DNA from: Acidobacteriota bacterium
GTDB lineage: Bacteria; Acidobacteriota; Vicinamibacteria; Vicinamibacterales; UBA8438
Length of the DNA stretch: 64,000 bases
Reading direction: 5' to 3'
Assembly: GCA_011523845.1 (NCBI GenBank)
Contig: WTFV01000004.1
Span: 38,881 to 102,880, forward strand
In this document: positions 28,919 through 37,372 of the stretch, one piece after another
How the letters are laid out: every line of letters starts with the position of its first letter
How positions within the stretch are numbered: the stretch's first letter is position 1
Program-made: the position numbers and the translations under genes
Notes under the pieces: model-generated
Told to the model about the DNA's origin: nothing
The model's database searches: none
Seen by the model: only the letters and a program-made list of their open reading frames with translations

Positions 28919-30606
28919 CGTGGAGGACTCTATCCATGGTACCGGAGATCGGTGGTCTCGACAGCAGCCAGTGCGCCGACCGCGAAGGTCCGCGGGTACA
29001 GCTTCTCGGAGTACCAGAGCTTCGCGAAGTACAGCCCGATCGGGGTGGTCCGGACGCGTCGTCCACCATCGGTGGCGTCGATCAACCAGCTCGCACCGCG
29101 AGCCAACGCCTCGTCGAGGCTGTGGACCGCGGCGGCCCGCGGCAACCGGCGATACGTCGCCAAGGCCGAGACCGCCAGCGCCGTCTCCTCGATGGACGGC
29201 GAAACGCCCGGGCCGCCGCCCCAGCCGCCGTCGCCACCTTGCGCGTCGACGAGCCAACGCGTTGCCCGCTGCTCGGACGCCGCGATCGTCTCGACGTCGG
29301 AAAGGACGGCGAGCCCCTCCAGCACCCGCGCCGTGCCGTAGACCGGGTTGACCTCGTCCGGGGCGCCCTGGTTCCCGAACCACAGGGGAATCCACGATCC
29401 ATCCGGTTGCTGCGCCCGCTCGAGAAACCGGACGGCGCGTCCGGCGGCGCGCTCGGTGCGGGTCCGGAGCGCGTCGGGCAGCGCGGGTCGCCAGACGGTC
29501 CAGGCCCGCAGCGTGTGGGCGGTCAGGTCGGGACTGCTGCGGTCGAACGGCAACGCGCCCCAGCCGCGGCAGAACGTCGGAATGCCGCCGTCGGCGTTCT
29601 GCAGGTCGAGGAGCCAGCGGATCCCGGCGCAGGCGGCGTCCAGATGCTCGGCGTCTTCAGCGCCGAGGGAGTGGAGAGCGAGCAGCGCTCCCGGGGTGTC
29701 GTCGGCGTCCGGCACGCCGCCGGGCAGGTCGGTCCAGGCCCAGCCGCCCGGGTCGGCGTCCGTGGAGGACTCTATCCATGGTACCGGAGATCGGTGGTCT
29801 CGACAGCAGCCAGTGCGCCGACCGCGAAGGTCCGCGGGTACAGCTTCTCGGAGTACCAGAGCTTCGCGAAGTACAGCCCGATCGGGGTGGTCCGGACGCG
29901 TCGTCCACCATCGGTGGCGTCGATCAACCAGCTCGCACCGCGAGCCAACGCCTCGTCGAGGCTGTGGACCGCGGCGGCCCGCGGCAACCGGCGATACGTC
30001 GCCAAGGCCGAGACCGCCAGCGCCGTCTCCTCGATGGACGGCGAAACGCCCGGGCCGCCGCCCCAGCCGCCGTCGCCACCTTGCGCGTCGACGAGCCAAC
30101 GCGTTGCCCGCTGCTCGGACGCCGCGATCGTCTCGACGTCGGAAAGGACGGCGAGCCCCTCCAGCACCCGCGCCGTGCCGTAGACCGGGTTGACCTCGTC
30201 CGGGGCGCCCTGGTTCCCGAACCACAGGGGAATCCACGATCCATCCGGTTGCTGCGCCCGCTCGAGAAACCGGACGGCGCGTCCGGCGGCGCGCTCGGTG
30301 CGGGTCCGGAGCGCGTCGGGCAGCGCGGGTCGCCAGACGGTCCAGGCCCGCAGCGTGTGGGCGGTCAGGTCGGGACTGCTGCGGTCGAACGGCAACGCGC
30401 CCCAGCCGCGGCAGAACGTCGGAATGCCGCCGTCGGCGTTCTGCAGGTCGAGGAGCCAGCGGATCCCGGCGCAGGCGGCGTCCAGATGCTCGGCGTCTTC
30501 AGCGCCGAGGGAGTGGAGAGCGAGCAGCGCTCCCGGGGTGTCGTCGGCGTCCGGCACGCCGCCGGGCAGGTCGGTCCAGGCCCAGCCGCCCGGGTCGGCG
30601 TCCGTG
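28919..30606. repeat. perfect tandem duplication, period 842 bp (copy 1 28919..29760, copy 2 29761..30602, plus shared cgtg 30603..30606)
   Basis: Line-by-line comparison shows 28919..29764 identical to 29761..30606, and I found no mismatch. The same 4 nt (cgtg) sits at the left end, the junction and the right end. Identical translated ORFs appear twice in the track (for example 29082..29402 = 29924..30244). Confidence 0.95.
28930..29764 (-). pseudogene. duplicated promoterless 3' fragment of the terpene cyclase gene (residues about 391-667)
   Basis: Encodes DADPGGWAWTDLPGGVPDADDTPG...AVETTDLRYHG*, identical to the C-terminus of 29772..31775. It has no start of its own. The period is 842 (not a multiple of 3), so it is out of frame with the intact copy. 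Confidence 0.8.
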
Positions 30607-31775
30607 TAGACATGCCGCTCGCGGTACTGCTGGTTGAGAAGCCAGCGGCTCAGGGCGGCACGATCGGCGGGCCGGACGAGGTCGTGCCAATCGGGCCGGC
30701 GCGCCAGCGCGTTCACGCTGAGGGTCGTGACCCAGGTGGCGAGGTTGGTGTCGATGGGCCAGCTCCCGTCGGCGCGCACCGAACGTTCCAGAAACGCCGC
30801 GCCGCGCTCCACCACGAGGTGCGCCGATTCCCCGGCGGCGACCAGGCTCATGACGACGAAGCTCGTCAGCGGCGTCGCCTCCAGGAAGCCGCCGCCGGAC
30901 GGCTGAATCGCTTCCAGCCGGCGCAGGGTACGGGCGCGTACCGCCCGTCGCAGAAGGCGGGCCGCCGGATTGCGAGAGGGTCGCTGCCGGTGGCGTGCCT
31001 GCCCGATGGCGATCAGGGCCGGCAGGGCGTAGCTGACCACCGGGAGCCGCAGCCAGCGGTACCAGGACGGCGGAACCGCGGCCAACTCGAACGGGAGCTG
31101 CGGAACGTGCCGCCAGCCGCTGCCGATGGTCCCGCTGCCGTCGCCCTGCCCACCCTGGTCGTCGCCGGCGCGGAAGCCGGTGCTTCCTTCCTTGCCGGCC
31201 CGGCCTCCTTTCGGCGAGTGACCGCCGCGTCGTGCCTCGGCGCCGCGCCCGTTGGCGTCCAGGAGACCCGCCAGCGCGAGCACGGTCAGAATAGGCACGG
31301 AGAACGTGCGGTCCTTGCCGTAGCGCCGGCTGATCGTGTCGGCGAGCGGCCGCGGTTCCAGGCTGCCGGCGGCGCGGCGCATCCAGTCGCGCACGCGATC
31401 GAGCGCCGCGACGCAGGGCGGGTCGTCCGTCCCGCCGATGGCAAGCGCCGCCCAGCAGAGGGCGGTGGTGCTGACATTGCTGGGACTGTCGGTGGTGTCG
31501 CCCCAACCGCCGTCCCCGTTCTGGGTCCGGGTCAGCCATCCGACGCCGCCGCTGACGAGGGCGCTGTGGGCGGCCGGTGGGCGATGACGGTCGACCAGCG
31601 TGAGCGCGATGACCGCGACGGCCGTGGACAAGGCCGACGACGACAGCTCTCCGGTCCAGTGGCCGTCCGCGGTGCGCGCGGCGAGCAGGCTGTCGGTCAG
31701 CCGGTCGAGCGTTGCACGCCACTCTGCACGGTCGGTCGGCGCCGACGCTGCCGGCGTCATGGCAGCGGCTCCCAC
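29772..31775 (-). CDS. class II terpene cyclase, squalene-hopene cyclase family
   Basis: 667 aa. DxDD-type acid motif (GVPDADDTPGALLAL). Multiple QW-like repeats (AQQPDGSWIPLWFG, TQNGDGGWG, AQGGDGGWGG, LQNADGGIPTF). N-terminal DGHWTGELSSSALSTAVAVIAL. Start 31775 or 31760. Confidence 0.85.
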   Translation of the reverse strand: MGAAAMTPAASAPTDRAEWRATLDRLTDSLLAARTADGHWTGELSSSALSTAVAVIALTLVDRHRPPAAHSALVSGGVGWLTRTQNGDGGWGDTTDSPSNVSTTALCWAALAIGGTDDPPCVAALDRVRDWMRRAAGSLEPRPLADTISRRYGKDRTFSVPILTVLALAGLLDANGRGAEARRGGHSPKGGRAGKEGSTGFRAGDDQGGQGDGSGTIGSGWRHVPQLPFELAAVPPSWYRWLRLPVVSYALPALIAIGQARHRQRPSRNPAARLLRRAVRARTLRRLEAIQPSGGGFLEATPLTSFVVMSLVAAGESAHLVVERGAAFLERSVRADGSWPIDTNLATWVTTLSVNALARRPDWHDLVRPADRAALSRWLLNQQYRERHVYTDADPGGWAWTDLPGGVPDADDTPGALLALHSLGAEDAEHLDAACAGIRWLLDLQNADGGIPTFCRGWGALPFDRSSPDLTAHTLRAWTVWRPALPDALRTRTERAAGRAVRFLERAQQPDGSWIPLWFGNQGAPDEVNPVYGTARVLEGLAVLSDVETIAASEQRATRWLVDAQGGDGGWGGGPGVSPSIEETALAVSALATYRRLPRAAAVHSLDEALARGASWLIDATDGGRRVRTTPIGLYFAKLWYSEKLYPRTFAVGALAAVETTDLRYHG

Positions 31776-31815
31776 CGCCGGGTTCCTGCGAGCCCGTGGT
31801 GCAGCCGCGCGTGAC

Positions 31816-31890
31816 AGCCCGTGGTGGAACCCCGCGTAGCACCGAGAGCGGCGAGGCGCCCCGACACCCGGTACCCGGCGTGAGGAGGGC
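31816..31890 (+). repeat. ~75-nt extragenic repeat element, copy A
   Basis: agcccgtggtggaaccccgcgtagcaccgagagcggcgaggcgccc... Its reverse complement matches 56715..56783: the 46-nt core has 2 mismatches, and the flanks align with one 9-nt indel. Located in the spacer between the PFTB-like gene and the cyclase gene. Confidence 0.85.
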
Positions 31891-31907
31891 GCATATTGGG
31901 CATATGC
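31891..31907. promoter_or_regulatory. AT-rich perfect palindrome GCATAT-N5-ATATGC upstream of the cyclase gene
   Basis: gcatat tgggc atatgc, about 115 nt upstream of the cyclase start, directly abutting repeat copy A. It is a conspicuous low-GC island in a GC-rich spacer. Confidence 0.35.
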
Positions 31908-32034
31908 AACCGACGAACAACGCGGTCAGGCGGGATGCATCGCCGCTCGAATGCGGCGGGGACTCTCGCCACGGGCCGGTAACGCCGATAGTGACCGGGC
32001 AGTCGCACGACAAGGCGCGACAGGGGCTGCACGC

Positions 32035-32913
32035 TCACAGGCTCAGGTGTCCCAGGGCGAGCAGGGCATAGAAGGTGTACTCGCAGTCCTGCACGTCGTC
32101 GCCCCAGCTCCCGTAGAAGCCGCCGGAGTTGGTCCAGAGGCTGTCGATGAAGTCGAGGCAGGGTTCCTTGATCGGTTCGAGCGGGGCATGCGCCCCGGCC
32201 AGCGCGTGCAGCGCCGTGGCGGTCGAGAGCAGATCGGGGAGCGGCGTCGACGGCGACGCGCAGAACCCGCCCGCCGGCGCGTGGCGAGCCCGGAGCCACT
32301 CGATCGCTTCACGATCCGCCGGCCGCGAAAGGCGTCGCTGGATCGTTACCGCCGCGGCGGTCGGCGGCGTCAGGCCCGCCGGTACGCCGGGCTGGTTGGC
32401 GTATCCGCCGTCCCCGGCGCGCAACGCGGCCAAGCAGTCCAGGAGCCGGGCGGGATCGTCGAGCGTCGCGCCCAGGTCCTCGTACGCCCCCAGGGCCAGA
32501 AAGCAGCCGTACGCGGTGCCGTGGCTCGCCCGGTCCGTCGGGCTGTAACCGCCGTCCGGTGTGCGGTAGGTTTCCAGCCGTTCCAGCAGCGGCTCCGCGG
32601 GCGCCTCGTCGGCGGAGCCGATGTCGGCCCAGCAGCGAGCGAGGCAGGCGGTGTGCACGAAATCCAGTGCGGTGGGGTCCTCGTGGCGTTCCAGATAACG
32701 CCGCACCTCGACGACCGGCAGGTCGCGCCGGAGAGCGGTGAGCGCCTCGAGGCCGAAGACGGTGTAATAGAGGTCGCTGGCGCCGTCGCGATCCTGGAAG
32801 CCGCCGTCGGGATTCAGCCGGGAGGAGAGAAAGCCCGCCGTCAGGTCTGCCGCGTCACCCAGCAACGTCGGCGACAGCCTGGCTACCTGCAGCATTTCGA
32901 GCCTCGAACTCAC
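32035..32913 (-). CDS. prenyltransferase / squalene-oxidase repeat (alpha-alpha toroid, PFTB-like) protein
   Basis: 292 aa with five repeats of the xDGGF/Y type: LNPDGGFQD, RTPDGGYSP, RAGDGGYAN, HAPAGGFCA, TNSGGFYGSWG. The start (32913 or 32895) overlaps the upstream gene end by 41-59 nt. Confidence 0.75.
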   Translation of the reverse strand: MSSRLEMLQVARLSPTLLGDAADLTAGFLSSRLNPDGGFQDRDGASDLYYTVFGLEALTALRRDLPVVEVRRYLERHEDPTALDFVHTACLARCWADIGSADEAPAEPLLERLETYRTPDGGYSPTDRASHGTAYGCFLALGAYEDLGATLDDPARLLDCLAALRAGDGGYANQPGVPAGLTPPTAAAVTIQRRLSRPADREAIEWLRARHAPAGGFCASPSTPLPDLLSTATALHALAGAHAPLEPIKEPCLDFIDSLWTNSGGFYGSWGDDVQDCEYTFYALLALGHLSL

Positions 32914-34600
32914 TGCACCAGCCCTGAATCTCGACGCTGAAGATCTTGCCGATGACCCGGCGGAGCAGCCCCTTGAGGCTGGGGTTGGTCAGGCCGGGCA
33001 GACAACGTATCGCTTCTTCCTTGTAGCCTTCCATCAGGCGCCGGCTGCGGTCCGCGGCGTCGAAGCGGGACAGCAGCTCGCGCACCTCGTCGGAGCGGCC
33101 GTCGAGCGCCGGCTCCCGGCGCCACGCCGCCTCCAGGGCGGCCCGCGCCTCCGGCTCCGACTTGGCCTGCTCGTAGCCTACGGCGAGCGGCAGCGACGGG
33201 CGGAGCGCGGCCACGTCGTCCGGGGCATCGGCGGACGGCTCGAAGTCGTCGAGGTCGTCCCGGATCTGGTAGGCGATGCCGAGCGCGTCACTGTATGCGC
33301 GCAGCTTCTCGAATACGTCCTCGCCGGCGCGGGCGCAGGCCGCTCCCAGCTCGAGCGCCACACCGAACGCGGGCGCGGTCTTCTGCCGGAAAATCTGCAG
33401 CACCTGCTGCGAGCTGAGGGGACGGGGACTGCGCGCCCAGGCCAGCTCCTCTCCCTGTCCGAGGCAGAGGGTGCGGTGGCCGCGGGCCGCAATCGCAGTC
33501 ATCCCGGCGCGGATCTCGGGCGCGAAATCGCTCTCCGCGAGCAACCGGTAGCCCTCGCCGACCAGGAAGTCACCGACGTTGAGCGCCGCGGGAATGCCGT
33601 GCGAGGCGTGCAGCGTGGGCTCGCCGTAGCGTCGCGCGTCGCCGTCCTCGATGTCGTCGTGGACCAGCGAGGCCTTGTGGAAGCACTCCACCGCGACGGC
33701 GACCTTGCGCAGCGCGTCCGGCGGCGCCGCGTGCGGATCGTCCTGCAGCGCGTGGTGCACGCAGACGGTGAGGAAGGGCCGCCAGCGCTTGCCCGCCCGG
33801 GTGAGCTCGGCCCGCGCCAGCGTCTCCGTCTCTCCTTCCGGCGGTCCGCCGAACAGCGTGTCGAGCGCCGCGGGCTCGAACCAGCTCTCGACGTCCCGCC
33901 GCAACGCGTCGAGATCGAGCCGGCGCGTCCGGTCGTCGCTCGTGGCGTGGATGAAGTCCCAGACCCACTCGACGTCGACCCCGGTGTCCTTGCAGTCGTC
34001 CTGCAGCAGCGGAATCGCCACGCCCGGAATCGCCGCCGCCTCCATGTAGGGGAAGGCCCGCTCCAGCACCGAGAGGCAGCTCACGCCGACGATCGCCTCG
34101 ATCTTGCCGGTCTGGATCAGCGCCATCACCAGCGCCGAGCCCTCGGCGACGAGCACCGCGTAGCCGAGCTTCTCCGCTTCTTCCTGCAGATCCTGGATCG
34201 TGCACAGGCCGCACTGCTTGCACAGCAGGCCGAACTCGTCGAACGGGGCGGGGCAGCGGTCCTCCACCCGCAGGCACTTGGGCAGCAGCAGCAGGCGCCG
34301 GTCGTAGGGGACGGCAGCCAGGTGCTCGCGCCACGTCTCGTTGCCGAGCAGCACGCCGACGTAGTCGACGTACTTCGGATCGATGCCGTGCCCGCGCACG
34401 ATCTCCTCGGACCGCGCCTGCAGCTCGTCCAGGACCAGCGGCGGCGTGATCTCGCTCTGCCGCGCCGCGACGTAGGCCTGAACCTGCCGCAGCATCACCT
34501 CGCGCTCCGACCGGGTCTGCGGAATGTTCTCCTGCGGCGGCCGCATGGCCACGGGCGGCACGGCGCGCGGGAGCGAAACGACCGGCAGTTGATAGCTCAC
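32855..34600 (-). CDS. fusion protein: N-terminal DUF116 (Cys-rich) domain + C-terminal polyprenyl diphosphate synthase
   Basis: 581 aa. N-terminal half LLLLPKCLRVEDRCPAPFDEFGLLCKQCGLCTIQDLQEEAEKLGY...VGVSC is DUF116-like. C-terminal half has both Asp-rich motifs: LVHDDIEDGDARRYG (DDxxD) and YQIRDDLDDF. Confidence 0.8.
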   Translation of the reverse strand: MSYQLPVVSLPRAVPPVAMRPPQENIPQTRSEREVMLRQVQAYVAARQSEITPPLVLDELQARSEEIVRGHGIDPKYVDYVGVLLGNETWREHLAAVPYDRRLLLLPKCLRVEDRCPAPFDEFGLLCKQCGLCTIQDLQEEAEKLGYAVLVAEGSALVMALIQTGKIEAIVGVSCLSVLERAFPYMEAAAIPGVAIPLLQDDCKDTGVDVEWVWDFIHATSDDRTRRLDLDALRRDVESWFEPAALDTLFGGPPEGETETLARAELTRAGKRWRPFLTVCVHHALQDDPHAAPPDALRKVAVAVECFHKASLVHDDIEDGDARRYGEPTLHASHGIPAALNVGDFLVGEGYRLLAESDFAPEIRAGMTAIAARGHRTLCLGQGEELAWARSPRPLSSQQVLQIFRQKTAPAFGVALELGAACARAGEDVFEKLRAYSDALGIAYQIRDDLDDFEPSADAPDDVAALRPSLPLAVGYEQAKSEPEARAALEAAWRREPALDGRSDEVRELLSRFDAADRSRRLMEGYKEEAIRCLPGLTNPSLKGLLRRVIGKIFSVEIQGWCSEFEARNAAGSQAVADVAG

Positions 34601-34771
34601 GGGAATCTCTTCCGTTGGTGTTCAGCGTTCTCGGTCGGTGACTCGCGCCGCCGGGTGCCAGTAGAAAGAACCCCGCCAGCGTCGTCTGCTTCGCGTACGA
34701 TTCTCACGGCGCAGACTCCTGGTGTGCCGCCCCGGAGACACACAACACAACTCGGTCCGCCCCGTGGTGAG

Positions 34772-34812
34772 GAATTCCTGGCGTCTCCGCCGTGTTGAGC
34801 GGCCAGGAATTC
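34772..34812. promoter_or_regulatory. 11-bp perfect inverted repeat (gaattcctggc / gccaggaattc) with 19-nt loop
   Basis: 34772-34782 pairs with 34802-34812. It lies 26 nt downstream of the radical-SAM stop (34838), inside the only sizeable spacer (237 nt) between the radical-SAM stop and the DUF116-polyprenyl synthase start. No U-tract follows on the transcribed strand. Confidence 0.4.
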
Positions 34813-34837
34813 TGCATCGAACTTGAGAGGCAGGACA

Positions 34838-36031
34838 CTAGCTGTAGGCTCCGAATCCGAAGAACCAGTGCTTCTTGGCGAAGGCGTAGGCCCAGTGTTC
34901 CTCCGGGATCTCGTTCCCCGGGTCGTACTGGCTGCTCCGCGGCGTGAGCTGCGCCAGCTCCGCGGACGCCGTCTGCCGCCGGGTCGTGTCCCTGGCGCCG
35001 TGGCGCTCGACGAGATCGCGGACGAGATCCGGCCGCTCCAGCACGATGCAGCCGCGCGTGGTCCGTGCCGCCGTCTCCCGAAAGTCCTTGAGGAACGATG
35101 AGCTCGTCATGGTCTCGTAGACGCTCGGCCGATCATAGACGGTTTCGGTCGCGAACTGGATGATCGGGCACGGCTCGATGTCGCCGTAGGGGCTGATGTG
35201 GTGGCTCACCCCGGTTGCCATCGGGCACAGCGCCTGCCCCTCGTCGTCCCAGTACGCGTCGACGATGGCGATGGGCAGCTTCGCGCGCATGCGGACGATG
35301 AACCGGCGCACGCGGAGCACCTCCTCGGGCGTCAGTGCGATCTCCGCCGTCGGCTTCGGGCCGACGACCCGGTAGGTGTGGAACCAGGCGTAGTGCACGC
35401 CCATGTCGATGAGCCGCCGCAGCCACGACTCCTGCACGAGGTCGTCGATGTTCGTCTTGCAGACGCTGGTGGCCACGCCGGTGACCAGACGGTTCCGGGT
35501 GCATGCCTCGAGTCCCGCCAGCGACTTGTCGAGAACGGCGGTCCGGCCGCGGCGCTCGTCGCTCACCACCGAGGTGCCCTCGATGCTGACCAGCGGCGTG
35601 ACGTTGCCGAGCCGGCGCAGCTCGGCCGCCCGCGCGTCGTCGATGAGATGCCCGTTGGTGAAGAGCTGGAAGTAGCAGTCCGGGTGCGCGGCGAACAGGT
35701 CGAACAGCTCGGGGTGCAGCAGCGGCTCGCCCCCCAGGATGCCGAAGTAGCTGTTGCCGTGCCGCTTGGCGTCGCCGACGATGCGGTTCAGCTCGTCGAT
35801 CTCGATCTTCCGGCTCGGCGCCTCGACGTCGACCCAGCAGCCCTGGCAGCGCAACTGGCAGCCCGAGATCACCGAGATGAACAGGAACGGGGGGAAGTGC
35901 TCGCCCCGCTTGATCCGCTGCTTGTAGAGCTGCACCGAGCGGACGCCCTTGACGCCCATGTTCCAGACCAGCTTGCGCAGCGCGCGCGGGTCCGGCTCGG
36001 TGAGCATCCGTCTGGCCAGTCCGAGCACCAC
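34838..36031 (-). CDS. radical SAM protein
   Basis: 397 aa (GTG 36031 or ATG 36007). FLFISVISGCQLRCQGCWV gives the CX3CX2C cluster motif. Then GILGGEPLL, and C-terminal Cys residues (CPMATG...IEPCP). The N-terminal layout resembles HpnH/MoaA-like enzymes, but the subfamily was not identified. Confidence 0.8.
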   Translation of the reverse strand: MVLGLARRMLTEPDPRALRKLVWNMGVKGVRSVQLYKQRIKRGEHFPPFLFISVISGCQLRCQGCWVDVEAPSRKIEIDELNRIVGDAKRHGNSYFGILGGEPLLHPELFDLFAAHPDCYFQLFTNGHLIDDARAAELRRLGNVTPLVSIEGTSVVSDERRGRTAVLDKSLAGLEACTRNRLVTGVATSVCKTNIDDLVQESWLRRLIDMGVHYAWFHTYRVVGPKPTAEIALTPEEVLRVRRFIVRMRAKLPIAIVDAYWDDEGQALCPMATGVSHHISPYGDIEPCPIIQFATETVYDRPSVYETMTSSSFLKDFRETAARTTRGCIVLERPDLVRDLVERHGARDTTRRQTASAELAQLTPRSSQYDPGNEIPEEHWAYAFAKKHWFFGFGAYS

Positions 36032-36035
36032 GTCG

Positions 36036-36917
36036 TCAGCCCTCCTGCCGCGCCGCGGCGGCGTCGACGGCGGCCTGGGCCCGCGCCTTGGCCGCCTCGG
36101 CCTTGGCCTGGATGTCGTCGAGGCTCGGCAGGCTCGCCAGCACCTCGGCCGGAATGTCCAGGTTCTTCTGCAGCTTCACCAGGCACTTCTGGCGTTCCTT
36201 GAGTGCCCGTTCCTCGTCGCGCTCCTTCGAGAAGCGCGACTTCGCCTTCGCGCTCCGGTCGCGCAACGCGGCGTAGATGTCGCCGCCGAGCAGGGCCGAG
36301 ATGTCGACCTTCATCGCCTCGCGGCGCATGTCCTCGGCCTGGATCTCGCCGCCGTGGATCGGTCCGTGGCGGTACTTGGGAAACAGGATCGCGACCTCCG
36401 GGCAGACCCGCGAGCACGCCGGGCAGTCGGTCTTGCAGTTGTCGTGGTTCTGGACCTGTATCTGCCCCCCCTTCGATACGCCGTAGACGTCGAAGAGGCA
36501 GAAGCTCAGGCACTGCATGCAGTTGGTGCAGCGGTCGAAGTCGATGACCGGGAACCACGGCTTCCACTTGCCCGGCTCGCGGACCTCGGAGTCTGCGCGG
36601 ATGGCGTCCACCAGCGCCGCCACCGCGTCCGGCGTCTCGTCGCCGATGTCGCGGAACCAGACCCGGCCCCCGGAATCGGACGCAACCGCCTCGGCCGGCT
36701 GGCGCTCCGTGAAGCGGCCGAGCACCGCCAGCGCGTCGCCGTCGTCCGCCTGCGCGGCGGTCGGGCCGCCCGATCGCACCCGCGTCACCCGGTAACCCTT
36801 GTCGAGCAGCGTCTGCATCAGGGCGAACCGGCGCGTTCCGTCCAGCGGCTCGGCGCCGCGCCCTTCGTACAGCGCCACCCGCAGCACGGGCAGGGACAAG
36901 TTGCCGGCACCGCTCAT
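36036..36917 (-). CDS. 4Fe-4S dicluster ferredoxin-domain protein with Lys/Glu/Ala-rich C-terminal tail
   Basis: 293 aa. IDFDRCTNCMQCLSFCLFDVY and DNCKTDCPACSRVCPE (two Cys clusters). ATGA overlap with the upstream gene. Ends 4 nt before the radical SAM start. Confidence 0.75.
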   Translation of the reverse strand: MSGAGNLSLPVLRVALYEGRGAEPLDGTRRFALMQTLLDKGYRVTRVRSGGPTAAQADDGDALAVLGRFTERQPAEAVASDSGGRVWFRDIGDETPDAVAALVDAIRADSEVREPGKWKPWFPVIDFDRCTNCMQCLSFCLFDVYGVSKGGQIQVQNHDNCKTDCPACSRVCPEVAILFPKYRHGPIHGGEIQAEDMRREAMKVDISALLGGDIYAALRDRSAKAKSRFSKERDEERALKERQKCLVKLQKNLDIPAEVLASLPSLDDIQAKAEAAKARAQAAVDAAAARQEG

Positions 36918-37372
36918 CGATTGCCTCCATCGCCGGTCGGCGCGTCACCGTTCGATGCCCCGCCGCTGTCGCCCGCGGCCGGCACGTCCGAGTCGCCGGC
37001 CGTCCCCGTGCCGTGGCCGTCGGGTGTCAGCATCGCCGCCGCCACTGCCTCGGCCGTTTCCTCCCGCATGTTGAGAATCGTGACCCGCTCCTTGTCGAGC
37101 GGCGTGCCGGCCGACGAGAACAGCCAGCGCACGGCCCGCGGGTAGCAGGCGGCGATGGTCACGTCCTTCGCGCCGGCTATCTCCTCGAGCCGCGGATCCC
37201 TCCGGGCCGACATCTCGCACAGGTCCGGAACGGCGTCGAAGTCGACGCCGGAGCCCGCCAGCGTCTCCAGCACGCCGTCCTTCACCTTGCGCGGCACGAC
37301 CCGCGCGTAGGCGCAACGGCAGTAGACCAGGCCGGGAGACGCCCCCGTCGTCGGTTTCTCGGTCTCGCTCAT
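36914..37372 (-). CDS. hypothetical Cys-containing protein
   Basis: Start re-set to ATG 37372. MSETEKPTTGASPGLVYCRCAYARVVP...DLCEMSARRDPRLEEI...IAACYPRAVRWLF, then a Gly/Asp/Ala-rich tail. Translationally coupled on both sides (TGATG, ATGA). No family recognised. Confidence 0.5.
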   Translation of the reverse strand: MSETEKPTTGASPGLVYCRCAYARVVPRKVKDGVLETLAGSGVDFDAVPDLCEMSARRDPRLEEIAGAKDVTIAACYPRAVRWLFSSAGTPLDKERVTILNMREETAEAVAAAMLTPDGHGTGTAGDSDVPAAGDSGGASNGDAPTGDGGNR

